The notes: generated by a model not told the origin, from the sequence alone. Shown: positions 10,098-18,442, counted from the stretch's first letter. The stretch is 64,000 nucleotides of DNA from an uncultured Oscillospiraceae bacterium (GCA_964541045.1 CAZIOV010000001.1:43599-107598), one strand, 5' to 3'. A program made the numbers and translations.

Positions 10098-10162
10098 GCG
10101 TCAGACCAAACTTTGCCGCGACCATGCATGGTTATTGAATCACTGCAAACCCATCGTACAAT
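10098..10162 (-). repeat. Partial copy D of the intergenic repeat family, inverted orientation, inside the cls leader
   Basis: The minus strand reads attgtacgatgggtttgcagtgattcaataaccatgcatggtcgcggcaaagtttggtctgacgc. It matches tgtacgatgggattttgcag (copy A), gattcaatgaccatg...catggtc (copy B) and aagttttggtcttgac (copy C). Confidence 0.6.
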
Positions 10163-10194
10163 ATTTTATAGCAACACTTTCGTGCGGAATGAGC

Positions 10195-10223
10195 ATTATA
10201 TATTTATTATACACTATAATACG
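10195..10223 (-). promoter_or_regulatory. Sigma-A promoter candidate for cls
   Basis: The minus strand reads TTGATA, then the 17-nt spacer ttgttcgtattatagtg, then TATAAT. This predicts a leader of about 140 nt containing repeat copy D. End coordinates are approximate. Confidence 0.5.
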
Positions 10224-10390
10224 AACAATATCAAGAGAGTTATTGATATTAAAAATAGTTACAAGTTGGTTACAGCAATATGACAGTTTGCAAAGAACCA
10301 TTGACAATTGGGAGAATGACTGATAAAATATAAAAGAATGTGAAGGAATAGTATAGACAATGTCTTTTTGTGAAAGGAAAGATTTTTTTG

Positions 10391-12184
10391 ATGAGTGAAC
10401 ATAAAACACTTTGTATGGGCTGCATGGAGCCGATTGAGGATGAAGCAAACGGCGTATGCCCAATTTGCGGATATGATGATTCCGGATTAAATCCTGTCTC
10501 ATATCTTCAGCCCAAAACTGTTCTGGATTCAAGATATATCGTCGGCAGACTTTTAAACTTCAACGGCGAATCTGCGCTGTATATCGGATATGACAATGCC
10601 GAAGACGTCAAGGTTTTCATCCGCGAGTATATGCCTGACGCCATATGCAGGCGTGATCAGGCGAGCGATGATCTTGTTGTAAACCAGTCTTCGCTGGTAC
10701 AGTATAAAAACTATATGTCAGAGTTTGTCGAACTGAATAAGTCGCTTATGAGGTTCAGAACAATGTCGCATATCATTGCTCCAAGTGACATGTTCTACCT
10801 GAACAATACCGCTTATTCAATTATGCCTTACTGCTCCGGAATAAGCTTAAAACAGTATCTTGCCGACAATGCCGGTGAGCTTAGCTGGGAGCAGGTTAAA
10901 AAGCTTTTTCCTCCGCTGCTAACTACGCTGGGATGCTTGCATAACGCCGGCATTGTTCATCGGGGAATCAGTCTTGATAATATACTCGTGACCGACAAGG
11001 TTGAACTTAAACTGACGGGCTTCTCGATATCTGAGATAAGAACTGTGAATACTGACCTTGCGCCGGAGCTATATCCCGGATATTCGGCTCCAGAACAGTA
11101 TGCAGCTGCGGATTGGGACGGTACATGGACTGACGTTTATGCTGTTGCAGCGGTTATGTACAGACTTCTTACCGGTTGCATGCCGACAGAGGCCATGGCA
11201 AGAGTGAGCAATGAATCTTTGCTTGAACCATGTAAAATAAATCCTCATGTTCCAGCAAATGTGTCCAAGGTCATTATGCAGGCAATGCAGCTTTCCTGCC
11301 AGCAAAGGGTTCAAACTATAACCGATTTTGTTACCAAGCTTTTTGAACAGCCAAGCTATATGAATAAGCTGCCCATGGGTGCAACGCAGACGATACCCAT
11401 AACTGCTACGGAAAAGGTTAGAATAAATCAGAACAAGGGCGGTCGCAAAAACAGAAAAAAGAAATCAAATGTCGGAATGTATGTTGGCGCTGTGCTTCTT
11501 GTTGTTATAGTTGTGGCGGCGTTTTTTGCTCTGATTACGATGCTGTTCCCAGATAATTCACCTGATGACGATGCGATTATTCCTTCTGTAACCGAAATTG
11601 ATGAACTGCCGGTAACAACGCCGACTGTTTCTTCGTCAGAGCCAACGGCGCCGTCGATAAGTGTTGAGCAGCCGACAGACACTGAGCCTGTTAAGCCGCA
11701 AGGCACAATGTTTGTAATGCCGGACCTCAAGGGTAAGAAGTACACATCTGTTGTCGATAGTGACACATGGAAGGACCGGCTTGAGTTTGAGGCCGTATAT
11801 GAGTATTCCGACGAGTACGAAAGGGGACTTATATTTGACCAGGATATCCCCGGCGGAACCGATCTTTACCCTGTTCAAAAAGTAAAGCTGTTTGTAAGTC
11901 AGGGCCTTTCTGTTGTTGACATTCCCGATTTTATGAAGGTCGACGAGCTCACCGGACTTATGGTGAGAATGACAAAGGACGAATACGTTGCTATTCTCAA
12001 TGAGCTTAACATTAAATATAAATTCAGGGATCTTAACACTCCATCTGAACAGTCCGGATTGGTTATGGATGTTTTCTGCAAGGAAACCGGTCAGGGCGTT
12101 GGCGGGCAGATAAATGTTAAGGATGGAAACACTCTTTATGTAGATATATCAGTATTTTCGCCGGATCTTGAGGCCGCTGGCTGA
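10391..12184 (+). CDS. Zinc-ribbon / Ser-Thr-kinase-like (predicted pseudokinase) / TM / PASTA-like membrane protein
   Basis: N-terminal CMGC...CPIC. Kinase fold markers are retained (SAPEQY, DVYAVAAVMYRLLTG) but catalytic motifs are altered (VFIRE for VAIK, HRGISLDN for HRDxKxxN, TGF for DFG). TM helix VGAVLLVVIVVAAFFALITML. Two C-terminal PASTA-like repeats (MPDLKGKKY...). Confidence 0.7.
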   Translation: MSEHKTLCMGCMEPIEDEANGVCPICGYDDSGLNPVSYLQPKTVLDSRYIVGRLLNFNGESALYIGYDNAEDVKVFIREYMPDAICRRDQASDDLVVNQSSLVQYKNYMSEFVELNKSLMRFRTMSHIIAPSDMFYLNNTAYSIMPYCSGISLKQYLADNAGELSWEQVKKLFPPLLTTLGCLHNAGIVHRGISLDNILVTDKVELKLTGFSISEIRTVNTDLAPELYPGYSAPEQYAAADWDGTWTDVYAVAAVMYRLLTGCMPTEAMARVSNESLLEPCKINPHVPANVSKVIMQAMQLSCQQRVQTITDFVTKLFEQPSYMNKLPMGATQTIPITATEKVRINQNKGGRKNRKKKSNVGMYVGAVLLVVIVVAAFFALITMLFPDNSPDDDAIIPSVTEIDELPVTTPTVSSSEPTAPSISVEQPTDTEPVKPQGTMFVMPDLKGKKYTSVVDSDTWKDRLEFEAVYEYSDEYERGLIFDQDIPGGTDLYPVQKVKLFVSQGLSVVDIPDFMKVDELTGLMVRMTKDEYVAILNELNIKYKFRDLNTPSEQSGLVMDVFCKETGQGVGGQINVKDGNTLYVDISVFSPDLEAAG

Positions 12185-12215
12185 TCGGGCGGGTGGTTTT
12201 ACCTATTCAACTTAT

Positions 12216-12252
12216 AAGCGCCGCTGTTGCTTCAGCGGCGCTTAATGCTTTT
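12216..12252 (+). terminator. Rho-independent terminator after the kinase-like gene
   Basis: aagcgccgctg-ttgcttc-agcggcgctt hairpin followed by aatgctttt. Confidence 0.7.
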
Positions 12253-12554
12253 AGTTGGATTATCTCTGAGATGCTGGTTACTGAGTCTTTCAGCAATGCT
12301 CATGAAAGCTTTATTGATATTATAATGGATAAATAGTGTTAGAATTACAGTAATTTTAGGCCCTTAAAAGGCCGGTTTGCTGAAATATGAACAGATAATT
12401 TGAAAAATGCAAACATTTTTTTGGTGCGTATTTTATTGACAAAAATATTGACAATAATTAATTGTAATGATATGCTTAAAGTGTTCATGGCAAACGGCGT
12501 AGTATATTATTATACTGCCGTTGTAATTAATTTAATATTTAACGGAGGTTAATT

Positions 12555-13517
12555 ATGTCAAGAACAATTGGAATTCTCACCAGCGGAGGAGACGCTCCGG
12601 GAATGAACGCCGCTATTCGATCGGTTACAAGAGCGGCAATTTATAAGGGATATAAGGTTATTGGAATAAGAAGAGGATATCAGGGGCTTATAGATGGTGA
12701 TCTTTTCGAAATGGGTCCCAGAGATGTTTCTGATATAGTTCAGCGTGGCGGAACTATGCTTTTTACTGCAAGGAGCAAGGCCTTTATGACGCTTGAAGGC
12801 CAGCTTGCGGCTAAGCAAAGATGTGAAGAGGTTGGAATAGACACTCTTGTCTGCATAGGCGGTGACGGTACTTATCGCGGAGCCCTGGATATTTCAAAGC
12901 TTGGCATTAAGTGCATGGGTATTCCCGGAACTATAGATAATGATATTGCCTGCACCGATTACACTATTGGCTTTGATACTGCCGTGAATACCTGCGTTGA
13001 GATGATTGACAAGATTAAGGACACTGAAATGTCTCACAGCCGTTGCTCTGTTGTAGAGGTAATGGGCAGGCGCGCGGGCCACATAGCGGTAAACGTAGGT
13101 GCTGCTACCGGCGCTACTGAGGTAATAACCGTTGAAAGGCCTTATGATCTTGATGATATTTGCACAAAAATGCTTGAGCAGAAGGCAACAGGAAAAACTC
13201 ACTTTGAAATCGTTGTTGCAGAGGGTGTAGGCGGCTCCGAGGAGATTGCCAAGTATATTCAGGAGCATACGGGCATCGACTCAAGAGCGACTGTTTTAGG
13301 CTATGTTCAGCGCGGCGGTGCACCCTCTGCTTACGACAGAATTATTGCCGCAAGAATGGGTTGCTATGCTGTTGAGCTGATAGAGAGCGGTGCTTATAAC
13401 AGGATTATAGCGGTAAAGAACAACAAGCTTGTTGATTATGATATAGTTGAAGCGCTTGGCATGAGCAAGAAGTATGACGAGCATCTTCATAAGCTTTTGA
13501 GTGCGCTTTCGCTTTAA
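12555..13517 (+). CDS. pfkA: ATP-dependent 6-phosphofructokinase
   Basis: IGILTSGGDAPGMNAAIRSV, IGGDGTYRGA, GIPGTIDND, MGRRAGHIA. Confidence 0.95.
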   Translation: MSRTIGILTSGGDAPGMNAAIRSVTRAAIYKGYKVIGIRRGYQGLIDGDLFEMGPRDVSDIVQRGGTMLFTARSKAFMTLEGQLAAKQRCEEVGIDTLVCIGGDGTYRGALDISKLGIKCMGIPGTIDNDIACTDYTIGFDTAVNTCVEMIDKIKDTEMSHSRCSVVEVMGRRAGHIAVNVGAATGATEVITVERPYDLDDICTKMLEQKATGKTHFEIVVAEGVGGSEEIAKYIQEHTGIDSRATVLGYVQRGGAPSAYDRIIAARMGCYAVELIESGAYNRIIAVKNNKLVDYDIVEALGMSKKYDEHLHKLLSALSL

Positions 13518-13539
13518 TCGTTTTCATACATTCGCAGAA

Positions 13540-13708
13540 TAAGAGTAGGGATCCGAGCGTATATGATACTTTTTCTTCCGAAGCACGTAAGATTTGCATG
13601 CTTTCAGGGCAAAAAGGTTTAAGTGCTGCAAAGACGGGGAGTTGCTTTGCGGACGAAACGTCAGCATTTTCATGCGCTGACTGCGGTTCGGCTTCCGCAT
13701 CCCGCTTA
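13540..13708 (+). promoter_or_regulatory. THF (folT-type) riboswitch candidate with enlarged internal region
   Basis: The 5' block is UAAGAG-UAG-GGAUCCGA-GCGU. The 3' block is GCGG-UUCGGCUUCC-GCAUCCCGCUUA. These mirror the remembered E. siraeum THF aptamer blocks GGAGAG-UAG-AUGAUUC-GCGU and GCGG-UGAAUCAUU-GCAUCCGCUCC, including the same A-G mismatch in P1. An inner hairpin ctgcaaag-acggggagttg-ctttgcgg is followed by ACGAA. It lies directly upstream of a FolT-like gene. Confidence 0.5.
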
Positions 13709-13801
13709 ACGTGCATATGGCGTGTTGAATGCTGATAGCTTTTCATGATAACTATCCGTGCATATTAAGCAAAATTATTATGTACTGGAGGTTGAATTAT
13801 C

Positions 13802-14677
13802 ATGAAAAGCTTTTTTAATAGCCAGATGGCTCCATCTGAAGATTCCAAAAGTTCAAAGCTGGGAGCATATCTCAAGGATAATATGTTTATCCGCTCTGCA
13901 AAGGAATTAAAAAGCATACGCTGCCTTTGCGTCACAGCAATGCTTGTAGCGCTGGATATAGCGCTGAAGCTTCTGGTCAGCATACAGGTTACTGAATCAA
14001 TTAAGATATCCTTTGCATTTATCGCAATTGCATCTATAGGAATGCTTTATGGCCCCGCAGTTGGTTTTGTTGCTGGGCTTATAACAGATATTATCGGATT
14101 TTTTGTGAAGCCAACCGGAGCTTTTGACATAAGATTTACCCTTATAGAAGCTACCGGCGCGCTTATTTACGGCTTGTTTCTTTATAATGCCGTAAATGGA
14201 AAATGGCTTCTTCCAAGAATTATAGCCGCAAAGACGACGGTTGTTATTGTATGCAACCTTTGGCTTACCACCTGGGCGATATCAAGCGTTTATGGCAAGG
14301 GCTTTATGGCTATGCTTCCAGCAAGAGTTATATCAAATCTCGCTCAGCTGCCTGTGGACATAGTTATACTTGCTGTCTTCCTGCCACTTGTTCTCAGAGC
14401 TTATAACAGCGTGTTCAAGGGAGCAAGAAAAATTAAGGAAAACACAGTGTTTACCGACAATGGCTTTGCAACAGCCGTTATGTATATAGTTTGTCTTCTC
14501 CTTGTAATTATTTGCTGTCTGGGACTTTCGGAGAATGATCTCAAAACTAAAAATACTGACCTTAAAAAGTCTGTTGCCGCCCAGTCGGACGAAATTGAAA
14601 GAATGAGAATTGAAATTGACAGGCTATATGAAAACGTCGGAATAGATAAGCCTACTGTAGAAGAGCCTGCCGAGTGA
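13802..14677 (+). CDS. Folate-family ECF transporter S component-like protein with extended C-terminus
   Basis: The core (TAMLVALDIALKLLVSIQVTESIKISFAFIAIASIGMLYGPAVGFVAGLITDIIGFF) resembles FolT. The C-terminus adds a TM helix and a charged coiled-coil-like tail (LKTKNTDLKKSVAAQSDEIERMRIEIDRLYENV). GGAGG RBS. Confidence 0.6.
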   Translation: MKSFFNSQMAPSEDSKSSKLGAYLKDNMFIRSAKELKSIRCLCVTAMLVALDIALKLLVSIQVTESIKISFAFIAIASIGMLYGPAVGFVAGLITDIIGFFVKPTGAFDIRFTLIEATGALIYGLFLYNAVNGKWLLPRIIAAKTTVVIVCNLWLTTWAISSVYGKGFMAMLPARVISNLAQLPVDIVILAVFLPLVLRAYNSVFKGARKIKENTVFTDNGFATAVMYIVCLLLVIICCLGLSENDLKTKNTDLKKSVAAQSDEIERMRIEIDRLYENVGIDKPTVEEPAE

Positions 14678-14683
14678 ATGTAT

Positions 14684-14820
14684 TACTATCTTCGTCTGAA
14701 ATGAAAGCAAAAAATCGGGCACAAAACCGCTATACAACGGGATTTTGCACCAGATTCAATGACCATGAAAGATCTGACCATACATGGTCTGTACATTTCT
14801 AGACAAATATAAGTATAAAT
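14684..14820 (+). repeat. Copy B of the approximately 135-nt intergenic repeat
   Basis: See copy A. TIR is ttcgtctgaaatg (14691-14703) versus catttctagacaaa (14794-14807). Palindrome gaccatacatggtc at 14776-14789. It has an extra internal segment gaccatgaaagatct relative to A. Confidence 0.85.
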
Positions 14821-14841
14821 CGATAATTTAAAGCGCGGGTA

Positions 14842-14870
14842 CTTGATATTATCTGCGCTTTGTGCTACAC
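14842..14870 (+). promoter_or_regulatory. Sigma-A promoter candidate for the 14936 membrane-protein gene
   Basis: TTGATA, then the 17-nt spacer ttatctgcgctttgtgc, then TACACT (TGc extended -10). Coordinates are approximate. Confidence 0.45.
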
Positions 14871-14935
14871 TAATATTAGTTTATTCATAACTTTCGCTTC
14901 TGTGGCATATTTATTGGACAAGGAGGCGGATTGAT

Positions 14936-15505
14936 TTGGATAAACAAAAGGGCATAAGACTTGATATGATGTTGATAATAGCTCTGATAATAGGTATTGC
15001 GATAGGAACGGTTGCAAGCCTGAACATGACTGCGCAGAAGCTTGCGGGAGCTTATGCGGACTCTGCTTCATCTTGTCCCGATGGGTGGATTTCAGTATTT
15101 TTATCATATTTTATGGGTTCAGCTGCGTTTGTTACCGCCGCGTTTTTAATGGGCTTCTGTGCCGTTTCTCAGCCGTTTGAGCTGGCTTTGGTGGCTTTCA
15201 AAGGCCTTGGGCTGGGCGTTCTGGCAAGAAGCATTTACTGCTGCGACGATATACTTATCAGGATAGCCTTGTTTCTTCCCTTCGCAGTGCTATCGTCGGG
15301 AATACTGATAATGCAATCCTGTGATTCGGTTGCAATGTCAACAAGGTATCTTATGCTTTCGGTAACAGCAGAAAACCGTCTTGGAATAGCTCACGAATTC
15401 AGGGATTATATTTTTAAATTCCTAATATATCTCATGGCCTGCGCGGCTGTGAGCGCGATTAATTGCTTAATCATTAGGCTGTTTGATTATTTTGGCATGA
15501 TCTAG
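14936..15505 (+). CDS. Integral membrane protein (possibly SpoIIM-like)
   Basis: TTG start 6 nt after AGGAGG. About 5 hydrophobic helices. The FKGLGLGV segment loosely resembles SpoIIM. The assignment is weak. Confidence 0.4.
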   Translation: MDKQKGIRLDMMLIIALIIGIAIGTVASLNMTAQKLAGAYADSASSCPDGWISVFLSYFMGSAAFVTAAFLMGFCAVSQPFELALVAFKGLGLGVLARSIYCCDDILIRIALFLPFAVLSSGILIMQSCDSVAMSTRYLMLSVTAENRLGIAHEFRDYIFKFLIYLMACAAVSAINCLIIRLFDYFGMI

Positions 15506-15534
15506 TGTGACTATGAAATGAAAGGAAAAAAATT

Positions 15535-16434
15535 ATGGGTATGTTTTCACGGTACGAGAAGGTAGGAAAGGGAATATCAAAGAATCCGGACGATAAGCTG
15601 CCGGCCTTTAAGTTTTTTGAGATATATTTTTCACATCTTTCAAAGCTGATATTGCTCAACTTTATGTATATTGTAGCTATGCTCCCGTTTGCTATGATAA
15701 TGTTTGTTGAATACTATGTCGGAACGGAAAGCAAGTTTTATTATATTCTGTTCTATGCTGCGTTCATACTGCTTGGCGCAGTTGTTGGCCCTGCAACCTG
15801 CGGCTTCACAAAAATTTGCAGGAATATTTCTTGCCGAAGACCTGTATTTTTATGGCACGACTTTTGGAAGGCATTCAAAAACAACTTTAAGCAGGGCGCT
15901 GTAATGGGAATGATAGATATGGCGTTTGTTGCGGCAATTTCCGCCGCTTTTCCGCTATATTACAATATGAGCCTTAAAAACTCGATGTTTTACGTTCCGT
16001 TCCTTATCTGCCTTATTTGCTCGATACTGTTCCTGATGATGCATTTTTATATATATCTTCTTATGGTTTCAACTAATCTGAATATATGGAAAATACTGAA
16101 AAATAGCTTTTTCCTCATCGCAATTGAAATCAAGACAAGCCTGATAAACCTGATAGTAACCATAATATTTGCGGCGTTTACTCTTGTGTTCTTCCCGTTT
16201 ACAGCATTTTTAATAGTTGTTGTTCCTTCATTTTTGGGCCTGATGTATTCCTTCAACTGCTTCCCGCATATAAGAAAGTATGTTATTCAGCCATGGTATG
16301 ATCAGCACGGCGAGCAGAACCCTGAATTTGAATATCTCAGTGACAATGGAGAGGCTGTTTTTGTGGACACGCCAGAGACTGAAGTTCCACCGGAAGAGCC
16401 AAAGGTAAAGCAAAAGAAGAAAAGAATCAGATAA
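15535..16434 (+). CDS. YesL/DUF624-family membrane protein
   Basis: N-terminus MGMFSRYEKVGKGISKNPDDKLPAFKFFEIYFSHLSKLILLNFMYIVAMLP is typical of DUF624. Multiple TM helices and a lysine-rich tail. Confidence 0.6.
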   Translation: MGMFSRYEKVGKGISKNPDDKLPAFKFFEIYFSHLSKLILLNFMYIVAMLPFAMIMFVEYYVGTESKFYYILFYAAFILLGAVVGPATCGFTKICRNISCRRPVFLWHDFWKAFKNNFKQGAVMGMIDMAFVAAISAAFPLYYNMSLKNSMFYVPFLICLICSILFLMMHFYIYLLMVSTNLNIWKILKNSFFLIAIEIKTSLINLIVTIIFAAFTLVFFPFTAFLIVVVPSFLGLMYSFNCFPHIRKYVIQPWYDQHGEQNPEFEYLSDNGEAVFVDTPETEVPPEEPKVKQKKKRIR

Positions 16435-16435
16435 G

Positions 16436-16473
16436 TTTTATCCGCCGTGACAGCTTGCCGCGGCGGATATTTG
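16436..16473. terminator. Terminator hairpin between the DUF624 gene (+) and the small minus-strand ORF
   Basis: atccgccg (16440-16447) pairs with cggcggat (16461-16468). It is flanked by tttta and atttg. Confidence 0.5.
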
Positions 16474-16562
16474 TGCAGATAACGAAGCCTGAGCCATTCG
16501 TCAAACGCGTATGCAGCTGTAATGATTGCAAAATCAGTTAAATCACGCTATCTCCGGCTGCT

Positions 16563-16742
16563 TTACATAAACATCGAGCCAAGCCCTTCAAGCATGGAGC
16601 TTACCGAGCGCACGGCCCTTATTGTGTCTGATTTAAGATGTCTTTTTTCGGATTTTGTAGCGTTGGTAACTGCATAAACGGCTGCTCCTGTTACAACTCC
16701 GACTGCTATGCCTTTGCAAAGCGAAGTGATGTTCATACTCAT
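16563..16742 (-). CDS. Small (59 aa) YtxH-like membrane protein, below the ORF-track cutoff
   Basis: Minus-strand ATG at 16742 with AAGGAGAG RBS 8 nt upstream. Translation: MSMNITSLCKGIAVGVVTGAAVYAVTNATKSEKRHLKSDTIRAVRSVSSMLEGLGSMFM. It has a Gly/Ala-rich helix followed by a charged segment, as in YtxH proteins. Confidence 0.5.
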   Translation of the reverse strand: MSMNITSLCKGIAVGVVTGAAVYAVTNATKSEKRHLKSDTIRAVRSVSSMLEGLGSMFM

Positions 16743-16910
16743 AGAAATTCTCTCCTTAAAAGTTTATTTGCAGTAATATTCTGCTCCCATTTCTTAAAAA
16801 TAAACGTCAAAAATCTTGTTTTCTAAAGGAAAATGTGATACAATGCTTTATAAATGTTGCCGCATGAAAATTTTTCTTGTTAGAACTTGCATAAAAAGTG
16901 GTGATAAAAC

Positions 16911-17771
16911 ATGAATGAATATAAGAGAGTGGCCGCTATTCATGATCTTTCAGGTGTAGGCAGATGCTCGCTTTCGGTTATTATGCCGACACTTTCGGTT
17001 ATGGGAATACAGGTGTGCGCGGTTCCTACTGCAATACTTTCTTCTCATACCAGCGGCTTTGGTGATGTGGTGCTTAAGGATATGACTGAATACATTCCTC
17101 AGGCGCTTAATCATTATAAAGCTGTAAGCGTTGACTTCGATTGTATCTATTCCGGATTTCTAGCTTCGGAGCGACAGGTTGACCTCTGCCTTGATTTCTT
17201 TAAGCAGTATCCGGGTGCTATGAAAATTGTTGACCCTGTTATGGGGGACAATGGCAAGCGCTATAAAACCTATACCAGCGAGATGTGTAAAAGCATGGCA
17301 CATCTTGTTTCTGCCGCTGATATAATTACTCCAAATCTTACTGAAGCTGCTATTCTTTTGGGAATTGAGTATCCCGCCTCTGTGCTTACACTGAGCGAGG
17401 TCAAAAGCATGCTTGTAAGGCTTTCCGGAAAGGGTCCGAAAATTGTTGTCATAACAAGTGTTGCCATGGCCGACGGAAAAAACTGCAATGTTGGATATGA
17501 CAGCTCCAACAACGCGTTCTGGCGCGTTACCTATGAACGCGTGCCAAAGCTTTATCCGGGAACGGGAGATTTGTTTGCCAGCGTTCTTACCGGCGGCCTT
17601 TTGCTTGGTGATAGCCTGCCGATAGCCATAAGCCGCGCGACTGACTTCTGTGAATATTCCATAAAAACTACATTTGGCTACGGCACCGAGCCGCGAGATG
17701 GCGTAATGCTGGAAAAGTGCCTTCCAATGCTGATATCGAATCAGAGCTTTATGGATTATATGGCTATTTGA
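16911..17771 (+). CDS. pdxK: Pyridoxal/pyridoxamine kinase
   Basis: VAAIHDLSGVGRCSLSVIMPTLSVMGIQVCAVPTAILSSHT, DPVMGDNG, GTGDLFASVL. Confidence 0.85.
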   Translation: MNEYKRVAAIHDLSGVGRCSLSVIMPTLSVMGIQVCAVPTAILSSHTSGFGDVVLKDMTEYIPQALNHYKAVSVDFDCIYSGFLASERQVDLCLDFFKQYPGAMKIVDPVMGDNGKRYKTYTSEMCKSMAHLVSAADIITPNLTEAAILLGIEYPASVLTLSEVKSMLVRLSGKGPKIVVITSVAMADGKNCNVGYDSSNNAFWRVTYERVPKLYPGTGDLFASVLTGGLLLGDSLPIAISRATDFCEYSIKTTFGYGTEPRDGVMLEKCLPMLISNQSFMDYMAI

Positions 17772-17781
17772 GGATAAATAT

Positions 17782-18387
17782 ATGAAAAGAAAGAGATTAG
17801 ATCGTGACCTTTGGGGATTCTCACATTTTCCGTACTATCAGATGAGGTTAGACTGTGAGGAGTTTCACGGCATTGCGTGCGTAATAAAGCTTACAAGCGG
17901 TGAGACCTGCTTTTGGAACATGAAATCATGCGGCAGAACGCCGGTCTGCTCCGGCGGCATGACCTGGCTTGAGCTTATTCCCGACGGTAAGAACCATCTT
18001 ATTACCGCCATGTTTTTGCCCGAGAACAGGGTGCTTGACAATATAACCTATCCGCATAGAATATCGGTCTGCTATGTCGATGTCATAGCCGGATTCGATT
18101 ACGATCCTGATGGTGTGATTGCATATAAGGACGAATATTTAGACGTTATATTCAACATTCAGGGCGACGTCTATATCGACGACAAGGACGAGCTTTACGA
18201 TGCATATAAGCGCGGCGAGCTGAGCAAGGTAGAGCGTTGCTCTGCCATGAGAGAGGCCGACAGCATCGTCCGGGATTACACCAAGGATTTGGAGCATACC
18301 GAGGAGCTTCTTATGAATATCCTGAAAATCTGTGAGACGAATATCGAAAACGGACTTAAGGATATGAAACAAAACAGCCGGATGTAG
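17782..18387 (+). CDS. DUF402-domain protein (nucleoside di/triphosphatase-like)
   Basis: CYVDVIAGFDYDPDGVIAYKDEYLDVIFNIQGDVYIDDKDEL matches the acidic DUF402 core pattern. Confidence 0.55.
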   Translation: MKRKRLDRDLWGFSHFPYYQMRLDCEEFHGIACVIKLTSGETCFWNMKSCGRTPVCSGGMTWLELIPDGKNHLITAMFLPENRVLDNITYPHRISVCYVDVIAGFDYDPDGVIAYKDEYLDVIFNIQGDVYIDDKDELYDAYKRGELSKVERCSAMREADSIVRDYTKDLEHTEELLMNILKICETNIENGLKDMKQNSRM

Positions 18388-18442
18388 AGGTATATCCACA
18401 ATCGGCATAAATTCAAAATCAGATAAAGGACGTGTATAAAGC

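Noticed and set aside
10054-10125. Longer cls start at the ATG at 10125.
   Set aside because: No Shine-Dalgarno sequence lies upstream. The ATG sits inside the repeat palindrome, and an RBS-backed TTG follows at 10053.
12196-12215. Possible fifth fragment of the repeat family (ggttttacctattcaac versus gctttacggcgattcaac).
   Set aside because: The match is only about 12 of 17 positions over a short span and lacks the palindrome, so it is indistinguishable from chance by eye.
13405-13746. 113-aa minus-strand ORF spanning the pfkA 3' end and the following spacer.
   Set aside because: It overlaps pfkA coding sequence and the THF-riboswitch-like leader on the opposite strand. It has no RBS and an odd His/Cys-rich composition.
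16638-16826. 62-aa plus-strand ORF.
   Set aside because: It has no RBS and is antisense to an RBS-backed 59-codon ORF (16563-16742), which explains the region better.
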